Part shown: piece by piece, positions 38,547-47,994 of the stretch
Layout of the letters: every line of letters begins with the position of its first letter
Position numbering within the stretch: the stretch's first letter is position 1
From: an uncultured Candidatus Saccharibacteria bacterium
Lineage (GTDB): Bacteria > Patescibacteriota > Minisyncoccia > Phycocordibacterales > Zambryskibacteraceae
NCBI GenBank assembly: GCA_964516975.1
Contig: CAZFAS010000002.1
Location: 4,818 to 68,817, forward strand
Direction: 5' to 3'
Length of the DNA: 64,000 nucleotides
Position numbers and translations under genes: made by a program
The notes under the pieces: generated by a model
Told to the model about the DNA's origin: nothing
Databases searched by the model: none
The model's input: the letters and a program-made list of their open reading frames with translations, nothing else

Positions 38547-39149
38547 TTATTCTATTGAGTCTGTATAGTTTTTTTCTATTACACCCCAGTTAAGATTCGA
38601 TAAGAAGTCCTCGATATACTGTTTTTTTCCTGATGGCTGATAGTCCGCAACAAATGCGTGTTCCCACATATCGATACCAAGGATCCAAGAAAGTCCTGTG
38701 AGGTGGCCCAAATGCTGCTCATCGATCCATTGGATGAGGAGTTGGTTTGAATACTTGTCATGATAGAGCACAGTCCAACCGATACCACGAGTAAGTGCTA
38801 CAGCTTTGAATCTAGAAAGGAATGCATCGTATGAACCGAAGTTTTCTTTGATTGCTTGCATAAGTGGTCCATCAGACAGTGGCGCTGCTCCACCTTCGAG
38901 TGATGCGAAATAGTATTCATGGTTTCTCATGCCATCGAACTCAAATGCAAATCTACGGGAAAGTTCGCTTGTAAAATATGTGACAAATGGATCCTTTTCT
39001 GCCCACGTCTCATATTCTGGGATCTTTTCCATGATCGAATTAGCATTTTTTACGTATCCAGCATAGAGTTTAAGATGTTCCTCAATATTTTTTGCAGATA
39101 TTCCTTTAAGCTCAGGAATAGAAAATTTTCTTTCTTCAAATTTTTTCAT
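38547..39149 (-). CDS. sod: Fe/Mn superoxide dismutase
   Basis: 'LPELKGISAKNIEEHLKLY', 'FNNAAQ'-like region and 'DMWEHAF' metal ligands. Start at the Met 'MKKFEERKF' (the tool ORF extends to 39302). Confidence 0.9.
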   Translation of the reverse strand: MKKFEERKFSIPELKGISAKNIEEHLKLYAGYVKNANSIMEKIPEYETWAEKDPFVTYFTSELSRRFAFEFDGMRNHEYYFASLEGGAAPLSDGPLMQAIKENFGSYDAFLSRFKAVALTRGIGWTVLYHDKYSNQLLIQWIDEQHLGHLTGLSWILGIDMWEHAFVADYQPSGKKQYIEDFLSNLNWGVIEKNYTDSIE

Positions 39150-39234
39150 ATATTTTTTATTAGTATGAGTAGTATAGCATTTAAGAGAGGGTCGTAATAT
39201 TCCATCTTTTTGGAAATTAGACCATAATATAGGT

Positions 39235-39630
39235 ATGAAAAACGAAGGAGGATTCGAGAAACCATTACCTGGATGGGGAACTGATGAAAATGAGAATATC
39301 ATTAAGTCAGAAGTACTTGGTGGAATATTACTTGAGAAAATTTTAGTAGGTAAGGTTTTGCGAATTAAGACTCAGAAAAGAGAATATCTACTTGAGCATC
39401 GTGAAGACGGATTTTATTTGTCAGGGCATCCTGAATATTGCCCGACACCTACACTTGTTAAGCCACATGGTTCAACGTGGGGAGGAAGCGCTATTAAAAC
39501 TGGATATATAGGCAGAGGGATGGATTTTGAGTATGGAATTCCAGGTAAGGGAATGTTTAAGACTTCAGAAATTGTTGATGTGGAGATTGTGGGGGAAGAG
39601 CCAAGCATTTCGTCTGAAGATCAGCAATAA
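39235..39630 (+). CDS. Hypothetical protein (131 aa)
   Basis: No recognisable family. Followed by a strong terminator. Confidence 0.4.
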   Translation: MKNEGGFEKPLPGWGTDENENIIKSEVLGGILLEKILVGKVLRIKTQKREYLLEHREDGFYLSGHPEYCPTPTLVKPHGSTWGGSAIKTGYIGRGMDFEYGIPGKGMFKTSEIVDVEIVGEEPSISSEDQQ

Positions 39631-39632
39631 AA

Positions 39633-39666
39633 ACCCCAGTAACCTAGGTTACTGGGGATGTTCTTT
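39633..39666. terminator. Bidirectional terminator
   Basis: aaaaccccagtaacc-tagg-ttactggggatgttctttt. Confidence 0.6.
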
Positions 39667-40010
39667 TAAATAGTGCGAGATTTGACTCGGGTACTCTTTT
39701 TCCTTGCTCGCATCGCTGCAGGGCGCATTTTTATTGGTTTTGCTTCAGGCTGAAGCAGGGTAAGTGTAGTCCTCCCAGTGTCTTTATCATACTTTCTTCG
39801 GAAACGAGCTGGAAAAATTTGGAATCTTCGTTTTATCCAGATACCTTGCTTCTTATCAAATACCCAGCGGATTTCAGTTTTTCGTTCAATCTCCCTCCTA
39901 ACTCTATAACGTGATGGTGCATAATCAGCATCGTGGGCGAAACCAGGATTTTCGTACCCCAATACTCGTTGCTGCGCCATGATTTTTAAAAGCGTTCCAC
40001 GTGTATGCAA
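39666..40010 (-). CDS. Highly basic small hypothetical protein (114 aa)
   Basis: R/K-rich protein ('RRFQIFPARFRRKYDKDTGR...MRARKKSTRVKSR'). No family recognised. Confidence 0.4.
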   Translation of the reverse strand: MHTRGTLLKIMAQQRVLGYENPGFAHDADYAPSRYRVRREIERKTEIRWVFDKKQGIWIKRRFQIFPARFRRKYDKDTGRTTLTLLQPEAKPIKMRPAAMRARKKSTRVKSRTI

Positions 40011-40068
40011 GATCTCTCCTTGAATAGGTTCCTTTTATACAGTACTCTGCAAGTAAAGAATTTTCAAC

Positions 40069-40950
40069 ATGAATCAAATCAAAGCGCACTGGAAACTGTA
40101 TTTGATTGTAGTTCTCATTTGTTTAAATGTTTTTGTATGGAGTCTCGTACGCTCGCGAACGCCGCGGGACTATGTGACAGTTTCATACCTCGATGTTGGC
40201 CAAGGTGATTCAATACTCATTGAATCAAAAAACCGTAATCGGATTTTGATAGATGGCGGTCCTAATAACAAGATACTCGGCGCTCTAGGTAGCATGCTTC
40301 CATTTTTTAATAATGATATTGATGTGGTCCTTGAATCACATCCAGATAGTGACCATATTGGAGGACTTCCTGAGGTTGTCTCACGGTACACTGTGAAAAA
40401 TTTTATAGAGCCTGGTGTTGAATCTCCAAACACAGTTGACGACGAACTTCATGGAAGGATAGAAGGAAAAAATATCCCACATTATCTCGCACGAGCAGGG
40501 GAGCAGATAGATATGGGTGATGGTTCGTATGTAAAAATTCTTTTTCCAGATAGAGATGTCTCCGGATTAGAAACAAATGACGCATCGATTGTCGCACAGT
40601 ATTGGTATGGTGACACGTGCTTCCTGTTCACGGGAGATTCTCCTTCAAAGATGGAAGATTATTTAGTTTCAAAATATAAAGATGCTTTGAAATGTAATGT
40701 TCTTAAGGCGGGGCATCATGGTTCTCGCACATCAACAGATAATCTGTATCTAGATACGGTGAAGCCAAGTATAGCTATCATTTCAGCGGGCAAAGGGAAT
40801 TCATACGGTCATCCACATAAAGAAACAATCGAGAGACTTAGGGCTCATGGAATAGAAATTTTGAGCACAATAGAAAAGGGAACGATTTCTTTAATATCAG
40901 ACGGAAAAATTATTACGGAAAAATCTAAGAGTTTAATTTATTTCCCTTAA
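40069..40950 (+). CDS. Stand-alone ComEC-type metallo-beta-lactamase domain protein with N-terminal TM anchor
   Basis: 'VSYLDVGQGDSILIE' and 'HPDSDHIGG' (HxHxDH) are ComEC C-terminal MBL-domain motifs. Confidence 0.75.
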   Translation: MNQIKAHWKLYLIVVLICLNVFVWSLVRSRTPRDYVTVSYLDVGQGDSILIESKNRNRILIDGGPNNKILGALGSMLPFFNNDIDVVLESHPDSDHIGGLPEVVSRYTVKNFIEPGVESPNTVDDELHGRIEGKNIPHYLARAGEQIDMGDGSYVKILFPDRDVSGLETNDASIVAQYWYGDTCFLFTGDSPSKMEDYLVSKYKDALKCNVLKAGHHGSRTSTDNLYLDTVKPSIAIISAGKGNSYGHPHKETIERLRAHGIEILSTIEKGTISLISDGKIITEKSKSLIYFP

Positions 40951-41320
40951 TTGCTTCTTGGACTTGTGTTACAACTTGGTCGAGATCCCAGTCAGTTTTT
41001 ACAAGATATCCATATGCACCCACTTCCATTGCTTTTGCAACAAATTCTTTACTTTCAAGAGCGGTAAGAAGAATAACTTTTGCAGTTCTTCCCCAAGCAT
41101 TTTTTCGGAGTTCATCAAGAAATTGCCATCCATTTACTTTTGGCATGAGAAGATCAAGTAAGATAACATCAGGATGCAATTTATCAGCAAGTGTAAGTCC
41201 AACCTCTCCATTTTCAGCACCTGTTGCTTCAAAGCCTGAAAGATTGAGTTTGTCACAGAGTACTGTACGAAGATTGTTGTCGTCATCGATTACGAGGATT
41301 TTTTTTGTTGTTTGTTCCAT
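40925..41320 (-). CDS. Stand-alone response regulator receiver domain (CheY-like)
   Basis: 'KILVIDDD', 'DVILLDLLMP' and 'LTALESK' are REC-domain motifs. No output domain. Confidence 0.8.
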   Translation of the reverse strand: MEQTTKKILVIDDDNNLRTVLCDKLNLSGFEATGAENGEVGLTLADKLHPDVILLDLLMPKVNGWQFLDELRKNAWGRTAKVILLTALESKEFVAKAMEVGAYGYLVKTDWDLDQVVTQVQEAIKGNKLNS

Positions 41321-41329
41321 GGTTTTTGA

Positions 41330-42655
41330 TTATAGGGTAATAGTGAATTCACTTCCTTTATTTTCTTCTGAGATGAACGTGATATGTCCTCCCATAGATT
41401 CGATAATTGATTTTACCAAATATAGACCTAAACCTGTACCTTGACTTGTACTCAGAGCTCTTACGTTATCTGCACGGAAGAGCTTCGTAAATACTTTATC
41501 TTGAACTTCCTTTGGTATTCCATATCCAGTATCCCGTACAATAATACGCTTGGTATTCATATCGTCAGCAAAACCGACTTCGATAGTACCTCCATCAGGG
41601 GTATATTTAACGGAGTTTGATATAAGGTTTTGTATGACAATACGGAGAAGCTTCGGGTCACTCTCGATTGCTGTGAGTAAGTTACCAAAATTCTTCTTTA
41701 TTGTAATTTTTTTCGTCTCAATTTGTGGCGCGAGCTCTTTGAGGACGCTTTCAGTTAGCTCGTGTACATTTGTTTTCTTTTTATCAATCGTAAGTGTGCC
41801 AATTTCGATACGTGAAACATTGAGTAGGGTATCAATAAGATCGATCATATCTTCGTTTACCGCATAAATTCGTTCGATATAATCTTTTTGTTTTTCTGCA
41901 AGTGGTCCGAGGTCGCCCGATCGAAGCATATCCATATACCACTTTACTGTTGCTGTTGGCGCTCGAAGCTGATGTGATGCAAGAGAAACGAATTCAGTTT
42001 TTGCTTGGTCTAGATGTTTTTGTTCTGTAATGTCAAAAAGTGATGCGAGACCAATTCTACCCTTGCTTCCAGGTGTGTTCATGTCGAAAATGGAAAGGAG
42101 TATTGTTCTTGTAAAACCACCTTTTGTAATCACCTCGATTTCGACTCTATCAATGGGAATACCGAGCTTGTATTGTTCGGCAATTTGTTTTGCCCTCCCT
42201 TGTTCATGATCAGGGAAGAAATCAAAAAAGTTTTTTTCGGTAATATCTTGGGGAGATGCGTTGAAGAAACGTAAAGCAGCTTTGTTAGGTTCACGGATAC
42301 CACCTTTTTCATCGAGTGTAATGTAGGGAACAGGGGCACCTTCATACAATCTTCTGAATTGTTCTCGTGAAATAGCTAACCAACGTGTCTCATTCCATAC
42401 CATAAGTTCTGAACGAGTTTTTGATGTAAGCAATAGGTAGACTATATATGCGATTAGAACAGATACTACAATTATAAGTAAGGTGATCGCATAATTTTGT
42501 GCTTCAGTAAGAGTGAGATCAGAGTTTATGTATAAATTGGGAATAGCAAAAATTTTTTGAATAAGAAAAAATGAGAGAAATAGAATTCCAAGTGATATTC
42601 CAAGCGCGATTAGCGATCGAATGAGATGATGAATGACGGGATTATTTTTTTGCAT
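41330..42655 (-). CDS. Sensor histidine kinase (2 TM, PAS-like, HisKA, HATPase_c)
   Basis: H-box 'FVSLASHQLRAPT', and N/G boxes 'ISNSVKYTPDGG' and 'DTGYGIP...GTGLGL'. Confidence 0.85.
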   Translation of the reverse strand: MQKNNPVIHHLIRSLIALGISLGILFLSFFLIQKIFAIPNLYINSDLTLTEAQNYAITLLIIVVSVLIAYIVYLLLTSKTRSELMVWNETRWLAISREQFRRLYEGAPVPYITLDEKGGIREPNKAALRFFNASPQDITEKNFFDFFPDHEQGRAKQIAEQYKLGIPIDRVEIEVITKGGFTRTILLSIFDMNTPGSKGRIGLASLFDITEQKHLDQAKTEFVSLASHQLRAPTATVKWYMDMLRSGDLGPLAEKQKDYIERIYAVNEDMIDLIDTLLNVSRIEIGTLTIDKKKTNVHELTESVLKELAPQIETKKITIKKNFGNLLTAIESDPKLLRIVIQNLISNSVKYTPDGGTIEVGFADDMNTKRIIVRDTGYGIPKEVQDKVFTKLFRADNVRALSTSQGTGLGLYLVKSIIESMGGHITFISEENKGSEFTITL

Positions 42656-42702
42656 AGAAGTTTCATCCTTATTGTAACATTGCTAATAAAAAAAATAACA
42701 AA

Positions 42703-42733
42703 AAAGCGCACGCGGATGATTCCGCGTGCGTTG
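42703..42733 (-). terminator. GC hairpin terminator (copy 1 of a repeated hairpin)
   Basis: aaaaaagcgcacgcgg-atgatt-ccgcgtgcgtt. Confidence 0.6.
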
Positions 42734-42740
42734 TGTTTCT

Positions 42741-43259
42741 TTACACAAATAGCTCATGAGCGAGACCCAGCTTAATCATGGTTTCTGAGTCTACACTCTC
42801 TTCTGTTAACTGTTTATCAATTGCAGCCTGGGAGCTCAACTTGCCCCCGGTTTCCTTCTCGATGATATTTGCGTACCAGAGTTCCATTCTATCCATCTCT
42901 TGAACGCCAGCTCTCATGCTTCGAGATGGCATGGGACGATTTGCAGCGAATGATCTGCTTGGTTGATGGAAAAACATTGAAGTGTGCGGGCTAACTAAGC
43001 GATGTTCTCCAGTGAGAAATACAATAATCGCCATAGAGTCCACTTCACCGATCGCAACTGTTGTGAGTTTGATTTTTAGGGCCTTCATGAGGTCATAAAA
43101 TGCAAACCCAATGCTCGCCTCGCCACCAGCTGAGTTTATGAAGAGAAAAATGTCAGCTTCCTCGTCCTTCCAGAGTCTGACGATATCGCTAGTTACTCTA
43201 TTGAATTTCTCAGTATCGATCGGGCCAAACCACTGTACAACTCGGTTGGTTTTAATCAT
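42741..43259 (-). CDS. Divergent ClpP-family (S14) paralog, possibly ClpR-like
   Basis: 172 aa. Aligns to ClpP ('FLFINSAGG', 'GEVDSMAIIVF', 'FFHQP'). The Ser and His are conserved but the acidic triad region is altered. Confidence 0.65.
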   Translation of the reverse strand: MIKTNRVVQWFGPIDTEKFNRVTSDIVRLWKDEEADIFLFINSAGGEASIGFAFYDLMKALKIKLTTVAIGEVDSMAIIVFLTGEHRLVSPHTSMFFHQPSRSFAANRPMPSRSMRAGVQEMDRMELWYANIIEKETGGKLSSQAAIDKQLTEESVDSETMIKLGLAHELFV

Positions 43260-43342
43260 TGAAAACCTCCAGTGAGGGTCAACTTCTCTGCTGAAAATAG
43301 CATAATTTTACTTTGTTGTCAAAAATAAAAATAATGTAACAA

Positions 43343-43378
43343 AAAACGCACGCGGATGATTCCGCGTGCGTTTTTTAG
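43343..43378. terminator. GC hairpin terminator (copy 2, near-identical to 42703-42733)
   Basis: aaaaaacgcacgcgg-atgatt-ccgcgtgcgtttttta, with T/A tracts on both strands. Confidence 0.6.
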
Positions 43379-43385
43379 AGAATTT

Positions 43386-43628
43386 TTATATTACACCAGC
43401 TTTTTTGAGAGTGCTGTATGCGCCGTTCTTCTGGATAGTCTTGAGTGCCTTTGTTGAGAGGGTAAGTACCATTGTCTTTTTAAGTTCAGGAATATAAATA
43501 CGCTTCTTTTGAAGGTTAGCGTATTTTCGTACCATTCCGGTAGGGTTAAACTGCGTAGCACGAGTGCGGTTACTGTAACCACCTCCTACTCTTGAGCTCT
43601 TATTTGTTACTGGGCATACTTTAGCCAT
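43386..43628 (-). CDS. rpmB: 50S ribosomal protein L28
   Basis: 'MAKVCPVTNKSSRVGGGYSNRTRATQ...PNLQKKRIYIPE' matches the L28 consensus. Confidence 0.85.
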   Translation of the reverse strand: MAKVCPVTNKSSRVGGGYSNRTRATQFNPTGMVRKYANLQKKRIYIPELKKTMVLTLSTKALKTIQKNGAYSTLKKAGVI

Positions 43629-43683
43629 ATATTTATATTTCGTTGCACCATGCTATCATAAAACTCTGATAAGGCAAGTATAT

Positions 43684-44295
43684 ATGGGAACAGATCAAAT
43701 TTTTTATATCATCATTCTTATAATGTCAGTCGTTATCCATGAGGTAGCTCATGGATATGCGGCCAATCTCTTGGGTGATAAAACAGCTGAATATCAAGGC
43801 AGATTGACCTTAAACCCATTAAGACATCTGGATCCAGTGGGTTCAGTCCTTATTCCTGCTATCCTCATAGCATCTGGATCGAGGTTTATTATTGGGTGGG
43901 CAAAGCCAGTACCATTTAACCCTTATAATCTTCGAAACCAGAGATGGGGAGAGGCTATCGTTGCTGGTGCAGGACCCGCAGTTAACCTCCTTATTGCAAT
44001 TATATTTGGGCTTATTATCAGATTTGGTCAGCATACACTTGCTCCATCATTTATTGCTATTTCAGTCCTTATTACCCTTACAAACATTTTACTTGCAGTA
44101 TTTAACCTCTCTCCAGTTCCACCTCTTGATGGATCGAAGATCCTTTTTGCCTTTTTGCCCATTACATCGCAAATGCGCTCTGTTATAGAGAGAAACGGGC
44201 TCATTCTTTCTGTTATATATATCTTTTTCCTCTGGCAATTTGTGGCGCCAATTGCCTCCATACTATTCACTGCTATAACCGGCATTACTATTTAG
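43684..44295 (+). CDS. M50-family site-2-protease-like membrane metallopeptidase
   Basis: 'HEVAHGYAANLLGD' (HExxH) sits in a TM helix. 'LNPLRHLDPVGS' and a downstream 'PVPPLDGSKI' (LDG) motif are also present. Confidence 0.75.
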   Translation: MGTDQIFYIIILIMSVVIHEVAHGYAANLLGDKTAEYQGRLTLNPLRHLDPVGSVLIPAILIASGSRFIIGWAKPVPFNPYNLRNQRWGEAIVAGAGPAVNLLIAIIFGLIIRFGQHTLAPSFIAISVLITLTNILLAVFNLSPVPPLDGSKILFAFLPITSQMRSVIERNGLILSVIYIFFLWQFVAPIASILFTAITGITI

Positions 44296-44432
44296 ATGTA
44301 AAGTTGTTCAATTAGCTTCTTAAAGTGTACCTTGTTGTGCCATGTTTGATATACAAAGCCTTGCAAAAAAAGAGCGCTTGTATTAGAGTGTTGGGTACTT
44401 GATTTTTCAAGTGTTTTTATTTTTAGCCGTAT

Positions 44433-44843
44433 ATGGCAACAATAAATCAACTCGTAAAAAGAAAGAGAAAAGTTCTCCACCGAAAATCAAAATCGGTGGC
44501 ATTAACGCGTAGCTTTAATAACATAAAGAACCGCCCAGTTTTCTCATACTCTCCATTTAAGCGTGGTGTGTGCACAAAGGTAACAACAAAGACTCCAAAG
44601 AAGCCTAACTCAGCTATCCGAAAGATTGCTCGTGTACGTCTTACAAACGGAATGGAAGTTACTGCATATATTCCAGGAATGGGTCACTCACTTCAGGAGC
44701 ACTCAGTGGTAATGCTCAAAGGTGGTCGTGTTAAGGACGTAGGACTTCGCTACTCAGTTGTTCGAGGAGTACTTGATGCTACAGGCGTAGAAGGACGAAA
44801 GAAGGGTAGAAGTCAGTACGGTGCCAAGAAACCTAAGAAATAA
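44433..44843 (+). CDS. rpsL: 30S ribosomal protein S12
   Basis: '[10 protein letters not shown]', 'VTAYIPG' and '[15 protein letters not shown]' are S12 motifs. Confidence 0.95.
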   Translation: MATINQLVKRKRKVLHRKSKSVALTRSFNNIKNRPVFSYSPFKRGVCTKVTTKTPKKPNSAIRKIARVRLTNGMEVTAYIPGMGHSLQEHSVVMLKGGRVKDVGLRYSVVRGVLDATGVEGRKKGRSQYGAKKPKK

Positions 44844-44848
44844 TTTCA

Positions 44849-45319
44849 ATGCGCAGAAAAGTTAAAAATCGAAATATTGCTGGTCCAGATCTCGTATATA
44901 GTTCTGATAAAATCGGAAAGCTTATTAACTATGTTATGTCAGACGGTAAGAAAAATACCGCTCGAACTATTGTGTACAAGGCTTTTGATTCAATCAAAGA
45001 ATCAGACAAAGGTGTTGACCCTGTAGAAGTATTTGAGACAGCGCTTAAGAACACTGGTCCAAATATGGAAGTAAGATCACGACGAGTAGGAGGAGCAAAC
45101 TACCAAATTCCTCGAGAGGTTCGTCCTGAAAGAAAGCTCGCTCTCTCACTCAAGTGGCTCATCGAAGCTGCACGAGCAAAGAAGGGTAAACCGATGCATC
45201 TCAAGCTTGCAGAAGAGATCGTACTCGCTTCAAAGAATGAAGGTGAAGCTGTGAAGAAGAGAGAGAATACTCATAAGATGGCTGAAGCAAACAAAGCATT
45301 CGCACACTTTGCTTGGTAA
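44849..45319 (+). CDS. rpsG: 30S ribosomal protein S7
   Basis: 156 aa S7 consensus. Sits in the conserved position after rpsL. Confidence 0.95.
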   Translation: MRRKVKNRNIAGPDLVYSSDKIGKLINYVMSDGKKNTARTIVYKAFDSIKESDKGVDPVEVFETALKNTGPNMEVRSRRVGGANYQIPREVRPERKLALSLKWLIEAARAKKGKPMHLKLAEEIVLASKNEGEAVKKRENTHKMAEANKAFAHFAW

Positions 45320-45337
45320 TATCATTATTTGGATTAA

Positions 45338-45368
45338 TCGAAAACTCCCCATATGGGGAGTTTTCGAT
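45338..45368 (+). terminator. Intra-operon hairpin between rpsG and fusA (attenuator or terminator)
   Basis: tcgaaaactcccc-atat-ggggagttttcga. Confidence 0.45.
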
Positions 45369-45475
45369 AGATATTCCTATTGATTATCTTGTACGCTTCC
45401 TATATAGTAGGGCCATTCTGCCCTCGGGCATTTTATTTTTATTAAAGCTAAACGCTAAAACTATAAGCTAATTAT

Positions 45476-47629
45476 ATGGAAAGAGACTATCCACTAGAGA
45501 GAGTACGTAACTTCGGAATCATTGCTCATATCGATGCAGGAAAGACAACAACTTCAGAGCGTGTGTTGTACTACACAGGTTCACAACACAAGATTGGGGA
45601 AGTGCATGAAGGGGAGACTACGACTGACTGGATGGAACAAGAGCGAGAGCGTGGTATTACTATTACAGCAGCTGCGATCACATGTTTCTGGGGACCAACG
45701 TATCTTTCCGATGCGGATCGTTTAAAAAAGGAAAATAAATATCGTTTCAATATTATCGATACTCCAGGACACATCGACTTTACCGTAGAGGTGAAGCGAT
45801 CACTTCGAGTGCTCGATGGAGCCGTAGTTGTTTTTGACGGAGTTGCTGGAGTGGAACCTCAGTCAGAAACAAACTGGCGTTACGCTGAGGATGCTATGGT
45901 GCCTCGTATTTGTTTCATCAATAAGCTCGATCGAACTGGAGCTTCATTTGAACGTTCATACAAATCTATTCTCGATAGACTTTCAAAGAAGGCTGTACGA
46001 GTACAAATCCCAATTGGTGAAGAATCAAATCATGAAGGAGTAGTGGATCTTCTCGGAATGAAGGCATATTACTTCGAGGGAGAAATGGGTAATAAAGTGG
46101 TTCAGAAAGATATTCCAGAAAATCTCAAAGCTGATGCTGAAAAATATCATGCAGAACTCATCGAGAAGATCGTTGAACACGATGAGAAGATGATGAATGA
46201 CTATCTTGAAGGAAAAGTTGCTTCATATGAGGATCTTAAGAAAACACTTCGAAAGGCGGTGATTGCAAATGGAATCTTCCCAGTCTACGCAGGTTCTGCA
46301 CTTAAGAATAAAGGTGTGCAGATTATTCTTGATGGTGTTGTTGATTATCTTCCATCACCACTTGATATTCCACCGGTAAAAGGAATCGATCCAAATACTG
46401 GTGAAGAGGTGGTACGAAAAGCATCAGATTCAGAACCTTTTGCTGCGCTCGCTTTCAAACTCCAAGCAGATCCATTCGTAGGTCAGCTTACATTCTTCCG
46501 TGTATATTCAGGAACTATCGAATCTGGTACCTATATTTACAACTCAACAACAGGAGAGAAAGAAAGACTCGGGCGTATCGTACGACTTCAGGCAAATCAG
46601 CGGGAAGAGGTGAAGAAGGTGTACGCCGGAGAAATCGCTGCTGCTGTAGGTCTTAAGAACGCAAAGACCTCGCACACATTTTCTGATGAAACCCATCCGA
46701 TCGTACTTGATCAAATCAAATTCCCAGAGCCAGTGATCTCACTTCGTATTGAACCAAAAACAAAAGCAGACCAAGAGAAAATGGGTATGGCCCTCAAGCG
46801 TCTCTCTGACGAAGATCCAACATTTAAGATTGAATCAGACTCTGAAACAGGTGAAACTGTGATGAAAGGAATGGGAGAGCTTCACCTCGAAATCTTGGTG
46901 GATCGAATGAAGCGAGAATTTTCTGTGGAAGCAAATGTCGGTAAACCGCAGGTAGCATATAAGGAGACTATTACTGGAACAGCAGAAGTTGAAAATAAAT
47001 ACATCAAACAGTCTGGAGGTAAAGGCCAGTACGGTCACGTAAAAATCAATATCAAACCACTTCCTCAGTACGATCCAGAGGAGAAAGTACCAAAGAATGC
47101 ACATCGAGAACCAGGATTTGAATTTATAGATTCTATTAAGGGAGGTGTTATTCCACAGGAATTTATTCCAGCAGTTGAGAAGGGAATCCGAGAGGGAATG
47201 GAGCGTGGTGTGGTTGCAGGATTCAAGATGACTGATATTTCATGCGAACTCACATATGGAAGTTATCATGATGTGGACTCATCTGAAATCGCATACAAGA
47301 TCGCTGCATCACAGGCTTTTCAAGAAGCTGCACGAAAGGCAGGTCCAGTGATTCTCGAGCCTATTATGAAAGTTGAAGTGGTTGTTCCAGAGAAATTCAT
47401 GGGTGATATCACCGGAAACCTTTCAAGTAAGCGAGGGCAAGTGGAAGGAATGGAAGATCGTGGAGAACTCAAAGTTATCAAGGCAAAAGTACCACTCTCT
47501 GAAATGTTTGGATATGTTACATCGCTTCGATCTATGACAGAAGGACGAGGCTCATCAACAATGGAATTTGATCACTATGCTATCGTACCTCCGAACGTAG
47601 CATCAGGAATCGTAGAAGCACGAAAGTAG
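45476..47629 (+). CDS. fusA: Elongation factor G
   Basis: 717 aa. 'NFGIIAHIDAGKTTT' G1 motif plus EF-G domains II-V. Confidence 0.95.
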   Translation: MERDYPLERVRNFGIIAHIDAGKTTTSERVLYYTGSQHKIGEVHEGETTTDWMEQERERGITITAAAITCFWGPTYLSDADRLKKENKYRFNIIDTPGHIDFTVEVKRSLRVLDGAVVVFDGVAGVEPQSETNWRYAEDAMVPRICFINKLDRTGASFERSYKSILDRLSKKAVRVQIPIGEESNHEGVVDLLGMKAYYFEGEMGNKVVQKDIPENLKADAEKYHAELIEKIVEHDEKMMNDYLEGKVASYEDLKKTLRKAVIANGIFPVYAGSALKNKGVQIILDGVVDYLPSPLDIPPVKGIDPNTGEEVVRKASDSEPFAALAFKLQADPFVGQLTFFRVYSGTIESGTYIYNSTTGEKERLGRIVRLQANQREEVKKVYAGEIAAAVGLKNAKTSHTFSDETHPIVLDQIKFPEPVISLRIEPKTKADQEKMGMALKRLSDEDPTFKIESDSETGETVMKGMGELHLEILVDRMKREFSVEANVGKPQVAYKETITGTAEVENKYIKQSGGKGQYGHVKINIKPLPQYDPEEKVPKNAHREPGFEFIDSIKGGVIPQEFIPAVEKGIREGMERGVVAGFKMTDISCELTYGSYHDVDSSEIAYKIAASQAFQEAARKAGPVILEPIMKVEVVVPEKFMGDITGNLSSKRGQVEGMEDRGELKVIKAKVPLSEMFGYVTSLRSMTEGRGSSTMEFDHYAIVPPNVASGIVEARK

Positions 47630-47731
47630 AATTAGGAATTACGTGTTATCAAAAAACCGAGCTTGCTCGGTTTTTTGATGGATTATGAAAATTGTGTATT
47701 CTTATGGATAGAAAAAAAGTATGGAGATTAT

Positions 47732-47911
47732 ATGAGAGATTCAGTGAGAGAAAGAGTGGAGTCAGTACTTTTTGGGCATCTTTCTCCTGAGGAAAGGGCA
47801 AAGGCGATGGCCCAGTATGTACTTATTGATAAGGGTTTTGATAGTATCCGTAAGGAAGTAGAGAGTGCGGGAAAGGTCCCCGGGTGGAAGCTCAAGGTGA
47901 AGGTGAAATAA
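47732..47911 (+). CDS. Small hypothetical protein (59 aa)
   Basis: ATG at 47732 with GGAGA 8 nt upstream. A strong terminator follows. Confidence 0.4.
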   Translation: MRDSVRERVESVLFGHLSPEERAKAMAQYVLIDKGFDSIRKEVESAGKVPGWKLKVKVK

Positions 47912-47912
47912 A

Positions 47913-47948
47913 ATGACCCCGCAAAGCACAGCTTTGCGGGGTTTTAAC
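47913..47948 (+). terminator. Terminator
   Basis: aaaatgaccccgcaaagc-acag-ctttgcggggtttt. Confidence 0.6.
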
Positions 47949-47994
47949 TAGGTAGCATTTTTGTATACTAGTATAAGGAAAGTTCATAAAGAGG

